Shown here piece by piece: positions 9,255 to 18,431 of a DNA stretch of 64,000 nt; within the stretch, counting starts at the first letter, position 1, and the number at the start of each line of letters is the position of its first letter. The position numbers were made by a program, and so were the translations under genes. Source of the stretch: an uncultured Anaerolineales bacterium (GTDB lineage Bacteria; Chloroflexota; Anaerolineae; Anaerolineales; UBA11858); assembly GCA_964621835.1 (NCBI GenBank), contig CAZUMA010000002.1:179584-243583 (forward strand), read 5' to 3'. The notes beneath the pieces are model-generated. The model did not search any database and was not told where the DNA came from. It was given only the letters and a program-made list of their open reading frames with translations.

Positions 9255-9968
9255 TTAGTTTGAACCTTTAAAAATTAAATATCGTCTTCCGATCTGCCAC
9301 TGCTCACTTTTCTCCATCAGGAAAGCTGAGATCAGACGAAGGCAAGAAGCTTCGTTGGGAAAGATCGTTACCACCCGCGTCCTGCGCTTGATCTGCCGGC
9401 TCAGCGCCTTAAATATATTGGTGGTTCGGATCCGCCGCTGATGCTTTGCTGGAAAAGAGAAAACAGTCAACCCTTCCGGGGCACTGTGCTCCCTCCAGTG
9501 AGGCAACCTGGGAATTGATTTCTCATACTTCTGGATTGTATCAGCCAGGTACACCTCTGCCAGGGAATCCCACCGAAGACAGCCTTGCGGGCAGATTTTA
9601 CTTTGCATGCCTCCGGCAAGACCTGAATGGTCATCGCTGACGATCAGCTCCATCCCGCGCAGCCCTCGTTCAACCAGGGCACTCGGATAGAAGCATCCGT
9701 CTCTGACCTGGGGTCCATCAAAGGGAGATCTGCGATCCGTGTCCTGACTGTTTTGGGTTTGTAGCCGTTGGTGTACCCATTGCGCAGGCCTGTTTGCTCA
9801 TAGGGATCAGCTTTGTGGTGTTTGGATGGCACTGCTTGCATGGCTGTGTTGAGCAGGACCTCAATCAGATCAGGCAAGAAATCCAGGCCTTCTGATGGAA
9901 TCTGTTTTTTTGATTCAGTTTTCGCCAGAGGCGGGCAAAACGAAGGTAAATTGATTTTGGTAGGTCAT
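9255..9968 (-). mobile_element. IS256-family (mutator-type) transposase relic, frameshifted and internally deleted
   Basis: The C-terminal fragment has LIVSDDHSGL...RRIRTTN...RRTRVVTIFPNEASCLRLISAFLMEKSEQW. The N-terminal fragment has YEQTGLRNGYTNGYKPKTVRTRIADLPL. The fragments are in different frames and together span only ~710 nt, versus ~1.2 kb expected for an intact gene. Confidence 0.8.
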
Positions 9969-10128
9969 GGAGGTCTCCATTATTGAGCTTAGAAACCTTG
10001 ATGAAGGATCCACCTGACATACTTTCTGATCGAAATTTGCGGGATGAACTTTGCAGTAATTAATTGTCTATCACCAGTACAGTGAAAGTAAATTTTAAAT
10101 AATCAAAGACTTGTGAAATTGGAAGGAT

Positions 10129-10437
10129 TTGATGATCATCGGAGGGAGCGCAAAGTTGGAGCATATTTACCTGGTAGTCTCAATACCACCGATGTATAGT
10201 GTCTCAAGCATCAAGGGGTACCTGATGGGGAAAAGTGCTCTAATGATCTTGGAGCGTCCTGAAAAAATAAAATTAAAGTTTAAAAATTGGCACTTTTGGT
10301 CACGGGGCTATTATGTCAGAATGGTGGGGATGAATGAAACGACCAGAGCGAAATATGTGAGGGATGAGTTCAAACACGATCAGATGATAGTTCGGTACAA
10401 CATCTCAGAGGCAGAAGATCCCTTTAGGGATAGCTAA
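10129..10437 (+). mobile_element. IS200/IS605-family TnpA (Y1/HUH transposase) fragment, N-terminally truncated
   Basis: HIYLVVSIPPMYSVSSIKGYLMGKSA...WHFWSRGYYVRMVGMNETTRAKYVRDE matches the C-terminal two thirds of IS200 TnpA. The HUH motif is degenerate (HIY) and the first ~50 residues are absent. Confidence 0.7.
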
Positions 10438-10483
10438 GTAATCTATACGCTAGGCTTGAACGAAGTAAGAGAATCTTGCGCCA

Positions 10484-10916
10484 GATTTGATCAAGCTGTT
10501 TTCCCCTGTACCAGTGGAGGAGACGTCGCTGCCAGGTGACCACACGGGAGGCAGGGGCCCCAGAACTGATCAGCAAACAACATATAATCAGGAGCAGCAG
10601 GAAATTGTAAATGATCCCCCAACCTCGTACGGCTGGAGAAGGTCCGTTCTAAAAAAAATTCTCCCCATGAAAAAGACAATCACCCCGGTCACGGATGCTT
10701 CAAAGGCGGATTCATAGAAACCTCCGGTCAGCAGGATGACAGTGTAATCCCCCAGTGCAGATTCCTGCAAGATTCCGTAAGCAGCCAGAAGCACGGCACC
10801 CAGGCCGATACATAAAGTAAGTCCGCGACTGCAGCGGCGCATCCGGGTAAGCTGGTTTTTAAGAAGGTCCAATTAGAGGATCCTTCCGATCAGGGGATCG
10901 TGAGAAACGACAGCCA
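10484..10916. repeat. Direct repeat, copy B (~430 bp)
   Basis: Same-orientation copy of 7335..7768. Divergence is scattered along the repeat. Confidence 0.85.
10588..10916 (-). pseudogene. Degenerate paralog of membrane-protein gene 7421..7810
   Basis: Aligned to copy A, ...LIGGTLFLELVENQLT becomes ...LIGRIL*LDLLKNQLT. There is an in-frame TAA at 10873..10875 and the C-terminus diverges. Confidence 0.6.
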
Positions 10917-11302
10917 AATGGTCTTTTAGGTCTGTATGATGAAACAGCCATCCTTCTCCCCAACACCAGAGCGCACAAATCAAGGTATATAGACCGCTGA
11001 TCAGGAACAAGCTGCAGTTCAGGCGGACCCTATCCCCAATAGTTTTTCTGGATCTTCCTTCTTGCAGGCCCCCTCAGCGTGCTTCCGGTTTTCCCGATCC
11101 AATATACGCGGAATTTGCTTACAGGTTGCAGAAAACCCGGGAATGTCAAACTGGAAATGAAGAATGAAAATGCTGGATTTCTCTTAGTGTATAATTCATG
11201 ATGGGCCCGTATTCTGAGGCCCGTTTTGAACAGCAGTCATCTTGATCTGGCTCTTGCTGAATGGGTAGATTCTTTTGATTTCGAACAATCCTGGACTCCT
11301 GC

Positions 11303-12256
11303 ATGAAAGTATCTGTGATCATTCCTGTTTATAACGAATCAGAGTCCCTGCCGATCCTGCACCGATCCCTGCTGGCTGCTCTAGAGGGTCACCAGGAGAC
11401 GTGGGAAGTAATCTATGTGGATGATGGAAGCAAAGATAAAAGCTTTCAGCTTCTCACGGAGTACGCTTTGGAAAAACCAGGACTCGTCCAGGCAATCTCA
11501 CTCCGCAGGAATTTTGGACAGACCGCAGCAATCGCTGCCGGTATCGACCATGCCCGGGGGGAGATCATTGTCTTGATGGATGCGGATCTTCAAAATGATC
11601 CAGCCGATATTCCGCTGCTGCTGGAGAGGATCGCCGAAGGCTATGATCTTGTCAGCGGGTGGAGAGTGGATCGAAAAGATCCCTATCTCTCCCGGGTGCT
11701 TCCTTCCCGGGTTGCCAATCGGCTGATTTCCTGGGTGACCGGTGTGCATCTGCATGACTACGGCTGTACCCTCAAGGCCTATCGTCGTGAGGTGCTCACG
11801 GGTTTTCGACTCTATGGAGAGATGCACCGGTTTATCCCTGCTTTCGCGGGCCATGTGGGAGCAAAAATAACCGAAGTGAAAGTCAACCACCGCCCCCGGG
11901 TGCACGGGAAAACTAAATACGGATTGGAGAGAATCTGGAAAGTAAGTTTGGACCTGCTGACCGTGAAATTTCTAATTAGCTACTCCCTTAAACCCCTGTA
12001 TTTATTTGGGGGACTGGGGGCCGTGTTCAGTTCCGTGGGAATGCTGATTCTGCTGTTTTTAATGATCCGTCGATTAGCAATGGGGATCTCCCCTTTTACT
12101 TCACCCCTGTTTCCCACCTCGATCATGCTGGTTATCTTGGGTTTCCAGTCAATCCTGATGGGTTTAATTGCAGAACTCCTGGTACGAACATACCATGAGG
12201 CTCAGGGAAAGCCGACGTATTTCATCCAGAAGCGATTTGGGAACAATCTGGAATGA
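11303..12256 (+). CDS. GT2-family polyprenyl-phosphate glycosyltransferase (ArnC / Dpm1-like)
   Basis: VSVIIPVYNESESLPIL, YVDDGSKDKS, MDADLQNDP, plus two C-terminal TM helices. Confidence 0.9.
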   Translation: MKVSVIIPVYNESESLPILHRSLLAALEGHQETWEVIYVDDGSKDKSFQLLTEYALEKPGLVQAISLRRNFGQTAAIAAGIDHARGEIIVLMDADLQNDPADIPLLLERIAEGYDLVSGWRVDRKDPYLSRVLPSRVANRLISWVTGVHLHDYGCTLKAYRREVLTGFRLYGEMHRFIPAFAGHVGAKITEVKVNHRPRVHGKTKYGLERIWKVSLDLLTVKFLISYSLKPLYLFGGLGAVFSSVGMLILLFLMIRRLAMGISPFTSPLFPTSIMLVILGFQSILMGLIAELLVRTYHEAQGKPTYFIQKRFGNNLE

Positions 12257-12351
12257 AAATTTCTCACTCAGCTTTACCGCATGGGATGGAAAGCTAACCC
12301 CCGGGAAAAATCCAGTCATATGAACAATCTGCTTTGCCTCCTGGGAAATTT

Positions 12352-13341
12352 ATGAAGGGTCAAAAAGAGGGCAGCTCCTTCCTGCCATTCCTGCTGAAAC
12401 TGGCTGGATCCGCGCTGTTCCTGTGGTTGATCCTGCGCAACTTAGATTTACAAGCTGTCATTGTTCAAGTTCTTCAGGTGCGGCTGACGGTCTATCTTCT
12501 TTTGATTTTATTATTCCTCGTGAGTCAATTATTAAAATCCTATCGGTGGAAAATTCTCCTGGAAATTATGGAAGTCCAGGAATCTCTTGGAACCCTGTAT
12601 CGGATCTTTTTATATGGGCAGGTGCTCAACATCATTCTCCCCACCAGCATCGGGGGGGATACCGCCCGGATTGCTTATTTGATCAATAAATACCCCTCAA
12701 AAAAATCTGCGGGTGTCAGTGCAACCCTGCTTGATCGCGTGATGGGTTTGTTCGCGCTGGTTTTGATCGCTGTTTGCGCCCTACCATTCAGCCGGATCTT
12801 AGGTCCGGATGAAAGGCTCCTTATTTTTCTTGGATTGCTGCTGCTGATTGCGGTCAGCGTGTTTTTGATCCTTGGCCGATTTGAACCTCTTGTCCGCTGG
12901 ATCTTAGGTAGAGAATTTTTTCCCGATCGAATCGGCAAGCTGGTGGAGAGGGCCTGGCAGGTGCTTCAGGAGTTTCGTGGGAGCCCCGGGGGTCTTTCCC
13001 GGGCATTTCTGGCGGCTCTGGCGATCCAGATGTTGGAAAATATCAGTCAATACGGGATCTTTTTTGCTGTTGGCGTCTTGATTCCTCTTCCCGATGTATT
13101 TGTGGCCATTCCGCTTGTCAATCTCATTTCCATGATCCCGATCAGCTTGGGAGGGGTGGGGCTGAGGGAAATCAGCCTAGTTTCCTTGCTTGCGGTTGAA
13201 AATCATCTTGTGGTTTCATATTCCCTGATACGCTACAGCCTGATCATCCTTTTGGCTGGGGGGCTTGCTGTAGAGTTTTTGTTCAACCGGCAGCGATTGT
13301 CCGAAGTGACAAAACACATCAAAAGGTCTCCAGAAAATTAA
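12352..13341 (+). CDS. Flippase-like membrane protein (LPG-synthase-TM / UPF0104 family)
   Basis: Polytopic protein with LKSYRWKILL and PTSIGGDTARIAYL motifs typical of the family. The start is uncertain: ATG at 12352 or TTG at 12334. Confidence 0.7.
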   Translation: MKGQKEGSSFLPFLLKLAGSALFLWLILRNLDLQAVIVQVLQVRLTVYLLLILLFLVSQLLKSYRWKILLEIMEVQESLGTLYRIFLYGQVLNIILPTSIGGDTARIAYLINKYPSKKSAGVSATLLDRVMGLFALVLIAVCALPFSRILGPDERLLIFLGLLLLIAVSVFLILGRFEPLVRWILGREFFPDRIGKLVERAWQVLQEFRGSPGGLSRAFLAALAIQMLENISQYGIFFAVGVLIPLPDVFVAIPLVNLISMIPISLGGVGLREISLVSLLAVENHLVVSYSLIRYSLIILLAGGLAVEFLFNRQRLSEVTKHIKRSPEN

Positions 13342-13496
13342 CTGGATGCGATGATTGCGGGAGGGGCGGCCTTCAGGGAATGGGCCCGTTGTCACTCGGT
13401 GGTGGACCTGATGGTTCATGGTATAGTTCAGATGGGCTGTTGATATCATCTGGATCTTTGCGGAAATAAAAATCGGCGGTTTAGGAAAGAATTTCA

Positions 13497-15446
13497 ATGA
13501 TTAAAAAGATTTTTCGGCAGCATGCTCTTTTCATCATTCTGATCCTGGTTAATATTCTCTTTGCTGTTTTTTTTGGGATTGACTTTGGAGATTCCTGGGA
13601 TGAACAGCTCCGCTATCGGGCAGCTCTTAAGGCCATTGACCAGTATGCCCGGCTGCAACCGGCAGAGACAATCACAGACAAAGGACCGGCGTATATTGTG
13701 CTGGCAAAGTTTGGGGGAGATTTCATTCAGCTATTTTTTCCCGGTCTGTCTCATATCCAAGCCTGGCACTACGTTCATTTTTTCACCTTCCTGATTGCCC
13801 TGGTGAGTTTTTACATCATCAGCCTGAGGTTTCTCTCCCCGGGGATCGCATTTGCAGCCACAATGCTGTTCAACACCCAGCCGGTGATTTTCGGGCATGC
13901 CTTTATGAACCCGAAAGACATTCCTGTGATGGCGTCTTTTTTGTTGATCGTAGCGATCGGTTTCTCGATGGTGGACAGGTACCCGCGTTTAGCACCGTTC
14001 GTCAGGGAAAAGCCCGGATTTTCTGGCACGAAACGGCGCCTGGTGGAGGATTGGGTTGAGCAAACAACCGGCCAAAAAATTGTCCAGGCCCTGTATATCC
14101 TGATCTTAATCCTGGCGCTGATTTTCCTGACCGTTTTTTCTGAGATCGTGCAGCAAGCAATTCAGGCCTGGATCAATGGGATCTGCAATCCCAGGTTGTT
14201 CGATTTAATCAACCAGGGAGCCTTGTTCCTCCTGGATGGGGGAATGGCGGATGATCTGACGCTGGAAAATGTGAAAACAGCCTACCCCTTCTTCCTGTTT
14301 CTGATCGCTGGGCTGTTTTCAGGGGTATTTTTTATTCTGGCCGTCTGGCTCTATCCAAAAACTGTGAAAAAAATCCTGGGGTTGACAACCAGAAGGAAAT
14401 TTTTATCAGGATTTCATACCGCTGCTCAAAATCCCTGGATTTATCCGGCGGGGATTGTATTGGGATTATCAATCAGCAACCGGACCATCAGCATCACTGC
14501 AGGGGGATTTGTCCTGCTGTATCTGTGGGTGAAAAAACGGAGTGTTTTTCTGCAAACCACTTTTATTTACCTCGGGATTGGGGTTCTGATTCTCTACCTC
14601 TCCTGGCCTGGCCTCTGGGGGCACCCGATTCTGGGGTTGATTAAAAACATTCAGGACACGTCTTCTTTTTATTGGGCTGGGGAGGTTTTGTTTCAGGGTA
14701 CCCTGTATGATCCGAGCGAGCTGCCTTCTTACTATCTTCCCTTGACGATTGCAATTCAGCTCACCATCCCAGCGCTGGTTTTATTCCTGCTGGGTGTGGG
14801 ACATGCAGTCCATATGGTCCGAAAAAAGGCCCTTGAAGGCAGCATCCTGATGATCTTTTCCCTCTGGCTGCTGGTCCCGCTAAGCGCGGCTTTCGTGGTT
14901 CAACCCACAGTGTATGATAATTTCCGCCATTTCCTGTTCATCATCCCCCCGATTTTTTTCTTTGCGGGGATTGGTCTGCGGGGATTGGCAAGAGGGATCT
15001 CTCATGAAATCCTGACCATCCTGCTTGTGTGTGGGATGCTGAGCTTTGGAACTGCCGCGATCATCCAGCTGCATCCCTATCAGTATATTTATTACAATGA
15101 ATTTGTGGGCGGGGTCGAAGGGGCGTTTCGCCGCTTTGAATTGGATTATTGGGCAACAGCGTACCGGGAGTGCACGGAGTACATCAACCAGGTGGCAGAG
15201 GCAAACCAGACCATCCTGGTCAAGGGACCCGATCATATTGTGAAAAACTATGCCAGGGAAGAGTTAGCTGTCATCCGCTACCGGGAAGTGGAAAAGGCGG
15301 CCCAGTTTCAAGCGGCAGATTATGCCATGATCACCACCCGTCAAAATCACGATCAAACCATCCTCCCTGAATTGCCCCCGGTCTACACGGTTGAAAGATC
15401 GGGTGCAGTGCTCGCCGTGGTGCGCAGCCTCCAGGGGGGAAATTAA
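13497..15446 (+). CDS. Putative GT-C fold membrane glycosyltransferase (ArnT/PMT-like)
   Basis: 649 aa with many TM helices. An acidic first-loop motif (DFGDSWDE) follows TM1, and there is a soluble C-terminal domain. It sits immediately downstream of the GT2 and flippase-like genes. Confidence 0.6.
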   Translation: MIKKIFRQHALFIILILVNILFAVFFGIDFGDSWDEQLRYRAALKAIDQYARLQPAETITDKGPAYIVLAKFGGDFIQLFFPGLSHIQAWHYVHFFTFLIALVSFYIISLRFLSPGIAFAATMLFNTQPVIFGHAFMNPKDIPVMASFLLIVAIGFSMVDRYPRLAPFVREKPGFSGTKRRLVEDWVEQTTGQKIVQALYILILILALIFLTVFSEIVQQAIQAWINGICNPRLFDLINQGALFLLDGGMADDLTLENVKTAYPFFLFLIAGLFSGVFFILAVWLYPKTVKKILGLTTRRKFLSGFHTAAQNPWIYPAGIVLGLSISNRTISITAGGFVLLYLWVKKRSVFLQTTFIYLGIGVLILYLSWPGLWGHPILGLIKNIQDTSSFYWAGEVLFQGTLYDPSELPSYYLPLTIAIQLTIPALVLFLLGVGHAVHMVRKKALEGSILMIFSLWLLVPLSAAFVVQPTVYDNFRHFLFIIPPIFFFAGIGLRGLARGISHEILTILLVCGMLSFGTAAIIQLHPYQYIYYNEFVGGVEGAFRRFELDYWATAYRECTEYINQVAEANQTILVKGPDHIVKNYAREELAVIRYREVEKAAQFQAADYAMITTRQNHDQTILPELPPVYTVERSGAVLAVVRSLQGGN

Positions 15447-15582
15447 TCCGCAGAAGAAAAAGGGAGGGGGAATTCAGCCATCAAGATTGATCAGCACAAG
15501 CTGTGAAAATCCTTGGGTGCTGATGCTTGGCTGCTGAAGGACTATGATCTCAAGCTTTGTCCGGGTCCCGGGCAAAGCGGGC

Positions 15583-15849
15583 TTATTTGATGTCAGGGTT
15601 GATGTGCCGGAGGACATGCTCCGCTGCGGCGCTGGGCCAATCAGTCACTGAAGAGAGTTTTTCCAGCCAATGCGTTAATGCGGTAGGGGTGGTAAACTCC
15701 CCGAGTTGACCGAGGACATAAGCAGCATACCAACCAGCCCACTGGGTATCTCGTTTTCCATCCAGGTAGTTCATCTCATATTCATGGTGGGCTTTTGCCG
15801 CAGCCCGGAAAGCCTGCATGAGCTGACTTTTTGTGGGATTACCTGTCAT
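15583..15849 (-). CDS. Small hypothetical protein
   Basis: 88-aa ORF with protein-like composition (AKAHHEYEMNYLDGKRDTQWAGWYAAYVLGQL). No family recognised. Confidence 0.4.
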   Translation of the reverse strand: MTGNPTKSQLMQAFRAAAKAHHEYEMNYLDGKRDTQWAGWYAAYVLGQLGEFTTPTALTHWLEKLSSVTDWPSAAAEHVLRHINPDIK

Positions 15850-15874
15850 GGGTATCCTGTGTCCTGGAAATGAT

Positions 15875-15905
15875 AAAAGGCCACTCCAGGCTGGAGTGGC
15901 CTTTT
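15875..15905. terminator. Bidirectional intrinsic terminator hairpin downstream of tRNA-Asp
   Basis: AAAAGGCCACTCC-aggct-GGAGTGGCCTTTT: a 13-bp perfect stem with A/T runs on both sides. Confidence 0.8.
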
Positions 15906-15910
15906 CTTGA

Positions 15911-15985
15911 GGCGGGGACGACGGGATTCGAACCCGCGATCTCGGCCTTGACAGGGCCGCATGTTAACCGCTACACCACGCCCCC
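15911..15985 (-). tRNA. tRNA-Asp (anticodon GUC)
   Basis: The reverse complement reads GGGGGCGTGGTGTAGCGGTTAACATGCGGCCCTGTCAAGGCCGAGATCGCGGGTTCGAATCCCGTCGTCCCCGCC. It has an acceptor stem, an anticodon loop CTGTCAA and a GGTTCGAATCC T-arm. The 3' end encodes CC followed by T, so CCA is not fully encoded. Confidence 0.9.
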
Positions 15986-15999
15986 CCTAATGGAAATTC

Positions 16000-16027
16000 A
16001 TTCTATCACATCCCCTTAACCCGTCAA
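16000..16027 (-). promoter_or_regulatory. Sigma-70-type promoter for tRNA-Asp
   Basis: On the minus strand: TTGACG, a 16-nt spacer, then TGaTAGAAT (extended -10). It ends ~14 nt upstream of the tRNA 5' end. Confidence 0.6.
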
Positions 16028-16052
16028 GATTAATTCGTGGACCTGGTATCCT

Positions 16053-17807
16053 CTAGAACTCGCCAACCTCCCCGATCCGGAATTGTTCCATGACCAGCAT
16101 TCCTCCCAATGCGGCTCCCATCAAAATCGTGCTCAAGGCCATGGCCTGTCCGTAATTCAACGCGCCTGGGCGGGAGAGAAAGCGATAGATCACCACCGGT
16201 ACGGTGGGGAACTCCGGCCTGGCGATCAGGGCCGTGGCACCAAACTCTCCCAGGGAGATTACAAAGGCAAAAGAGGCTGCAACCAGCAGGGCTCGTCCAA
16301 TCAGCGGCAGGTCAATCCGGAGCAGGATCTGGCGGGGGGAGGCCCCCAGGACTGCTGCGGCTTGACGAAGTTCAGGTTGAATGCTTTGCAGGGCAGGGAT
16401 CAGGGACCGGACAACAAATGGAAAAGCAACCAGCGTATGAACGATGGGCACAAGCAGGGGGGAAGCCCGCAGATCCAGCGGAGGCTGATCAAGAGAGAGG
16501 AGGAATCCCAATCCCAGGGTGACCGCGGAGGTCCCCAGCGGCAGCATCAGCAGGGGGTCCAAGATCCGGTTCAGCGTTGACTGGCGGTTCCTGGCCAGTG
16601 CCCATGCAGCCGGGAGGCCGATCAGCAAGGAAAGCATCATTGTCAGGCCGGCATATCCGAGAGAAACTCCCAGCGCGGTTGTGGGTGGGACATAAAATAA
16701 GGATTCCCGGGGATTCTGGGCCAAAGCCCGGTAGAATGTCAGGGTTAAACCCGGCAAACCCGTCCCGGTCCGGGGATCGGCAGATGGAAGGGTCGTCACA
16801 GAACGCACCGCCAGCGCCAAAAGCGGCAGGATTAAAAGGGCAAAAAGAACAAAGATCAGCACCCCGGAAGCTGCCTTGGAAACCCAATCCTTGAGCTTTT
16901 TTTGGGTCATGGTCCGGGACTGCAGGGAAAGGGGTCGGGCAAGCCCAGCCATCAACCGTGTGTATAACACAGTGAGAGTTAAAGTGCACAGAAGCTGGAT
17001 CACGGCAAGCACACCGGCCAGCGGGAGGTTGAAGAGGTTGACGGTTTGAGTATAGATCTCGGTCTCTAAGGTCGCAAACCGGGGGCCTCCCAGCACCAGG
17101 ACCACTCCAAAGCTGGTGAAATCAAAGATAAACACCAGCAGGGCAGCAGCCAGGATCGCCGGAGCTATCAGCGGAAGGGTGATCCGCCGGAATACCCTCC
17201 CTGGGGAAGCTCCCAGGCTGGCTGCTGCTTCTCTCAAACGGGGGTCCATCCGGCTCCAAAAATCCCCCACAACGCGGATTACGATGGTGGTGTTATAAAA
17301 GACATGGGCGGTGAGAATTGCTGGAAATGTATTCAGAAACTGCAAGGGGGGAGAGGGGAGATTCCAAACATCCATCAGCAGCCGGTTTCCTAGCCCATTT
17401 GGCCCAAGCAGGGCGCTGAATCCAGCTGCCACAACCAGGGTGGGCATCACAAAGGGGACCCCGGTGAGTGCCCGCAAAATCTTTTTCCCGGGAAAGGAAT
17501 AGCGGCCAAAAAGGTAAGCTGCCGGGAGACCCAGCAGCAGGGTGAGCAGGGTGGAGGCAAGCGCCTGATAAAAAGTAAAGCCAACAACATTCCTTGTGGA
17601 AGGAGAGGAAAGGACTGACCAGAGGCCGGGCAGAAGGGCATCCCCCAGGCGATTAAAACTCAGGGTGAGGATGCTGCCCAGGGGATAAAAATAAAACAGG
17701 GCCAGAAAACTGAGCGGCAGCACCCAGAGCAGGAGAGTTTTCAGGGGAAATCGGGAGCGGTGATCAGATGTTTGCATGTCGACTTGAAAGGGAGCTTTCT
17801 TCCCCAC
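16053..17807 (-). CDS. thiP: Thiamine ABC transporter permease (two fused permease halves)
   Basis: 584 aa. The EAA-loop motif occurs twice (EAAASLGASPGRVFRRITLPL and QAAAVLGASPRQILLRIDLPL). It lies in an operon behind a TPP riboswitch. Confidence 0.8.
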   Translation of the reverse strand: MGKKAPFQVDMQTSDHRSRFPLKTLLLWVLPLSFLALFYFYPLGSILTLSFNRLGDALLPGLWSVLSSPSTRNVVGFTFYQALASTLLTLLLGLPAAYLFGRYSFPGKKILRALTGVPFVMPTLVVAAGFSALLGPNGLGNRLLMDVWNLPSPPLQFLNTFPAILTAHVFYNTTIVIRVVGDFWSRMDPRLREAAASLGASPGRVFRRITLPLIAPAILAAALLVFIFDFTSFGVVLVLGGPRFATLETEIYTQTVNLFNLPLAGVLAVIQLLCTLTLTVLYTRLMAGLARPLSLQSRTMTQKKLKDWVSKAASGVLIFVLFALLILPLLALAVRSVTTLPSADPRTGTGLPGLTLTFYRALAQNPRESLFYVPPTTALGVSLGYAGLTMMLSLLIGLPAAWALARNRQSTLNRILDPLLMLPLGTSAVTLGLGFLLSLDQPPLDLRASPLLVPIVHTLVAFPFVVRSLIPALQSIQPELRQAAAVLGASPRQILLRIDLPLIGRALLVAASFAFVISLGEFGATALIARPEFPTVPVVIYRFLSRPGALNYGQAMALSTILMGAALGGMLVMEQFRIGEVGEF

Positions 17808-17826
17808 GTCATGAGGGGTTCTCAGA

Positions 17827-18402
17827 TCATTGAGGGATCTTTTTATCCGCGGCGTAGAAAATCCTCATGGCGTTGACGAGCCCAGAAGTCCCAAAGCTCA
17901 CGCCATCCATTTCCAGCAGGGCCCGCTTCATTTCCTGCCCCCCCTGGTAGCCGCCAAGCCTGCGGTCTGTTCGGATGACACGATGGCAGGGCACAATGAG
18001 CGGAAAAGGATTCTTCGCCAGGGCATTGCCAACTGCTCGCGCCCCCCTGGAGGATCCCAATCGCTGCGCGATGAGTTTGTATGTACTCACCCACCCTCTT
18101 GGAATTGCATGTTCAGCCTGCAGTACTTGTTTTTGAAACTCACCACACAGCCTGAGCTCGGCGATCTCCAGGGAGAAGTTTACTGGCTCACCCTGAAGCA
18201 GTTTGCGGATGTTGAGGGCTGTGGAGTCTATCTTCTGACAAGAGGATTCCCCAACTGCGGGGGCCAGCTCAGCCGCTCTGGATACTGCCGAAACAACGGG
18301 TGTTGAGAGCAGCACCCGGAGGATCTTTGGCGTGGACCAATCCCCTTTCCATAATAGGATCACCGGCCCAAAAGGGGTTGATTGGATTGTTTTTTTGTTC
18401 AT
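17827..18402 (-). CDS. ogt: Methylated-DNA--protein-cysteine methyltransferase (MGMT/Ogt family)
   Basis: Active-site motif LIVPCHRVI and the upstream NALAKNPFP helix-turn-wing region. Confidence 0.85.
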   Translation of the reverse strand: MNKKTIQSTPFGPVILLWKGDWSTPKILRVLLSTPVVSAVSRAAELAPAVGESSCQKIDSTALNIRKLLQGEPVNFSLEIAELRLCGEFQKQVLQAEHAIPRGWVSTYKLIAQRLGSSRGARAVGNALAKNPFPLIVPCHRVIRTDRRLGGYQGGQEMKRALLEMDGVSFGTSGLVNAMRIFYAADKKIPQ

Positions 18403-18431
18403 ATCTTCTGGCAGCTGATCCAGGATTTCAG

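Noticed and set aside
15831-16019. 62-aa plus-strand ORF.
   Set aside because: It is fully explained by the tRNA-Asp gene and its terminator hairpin on the opposite strand.
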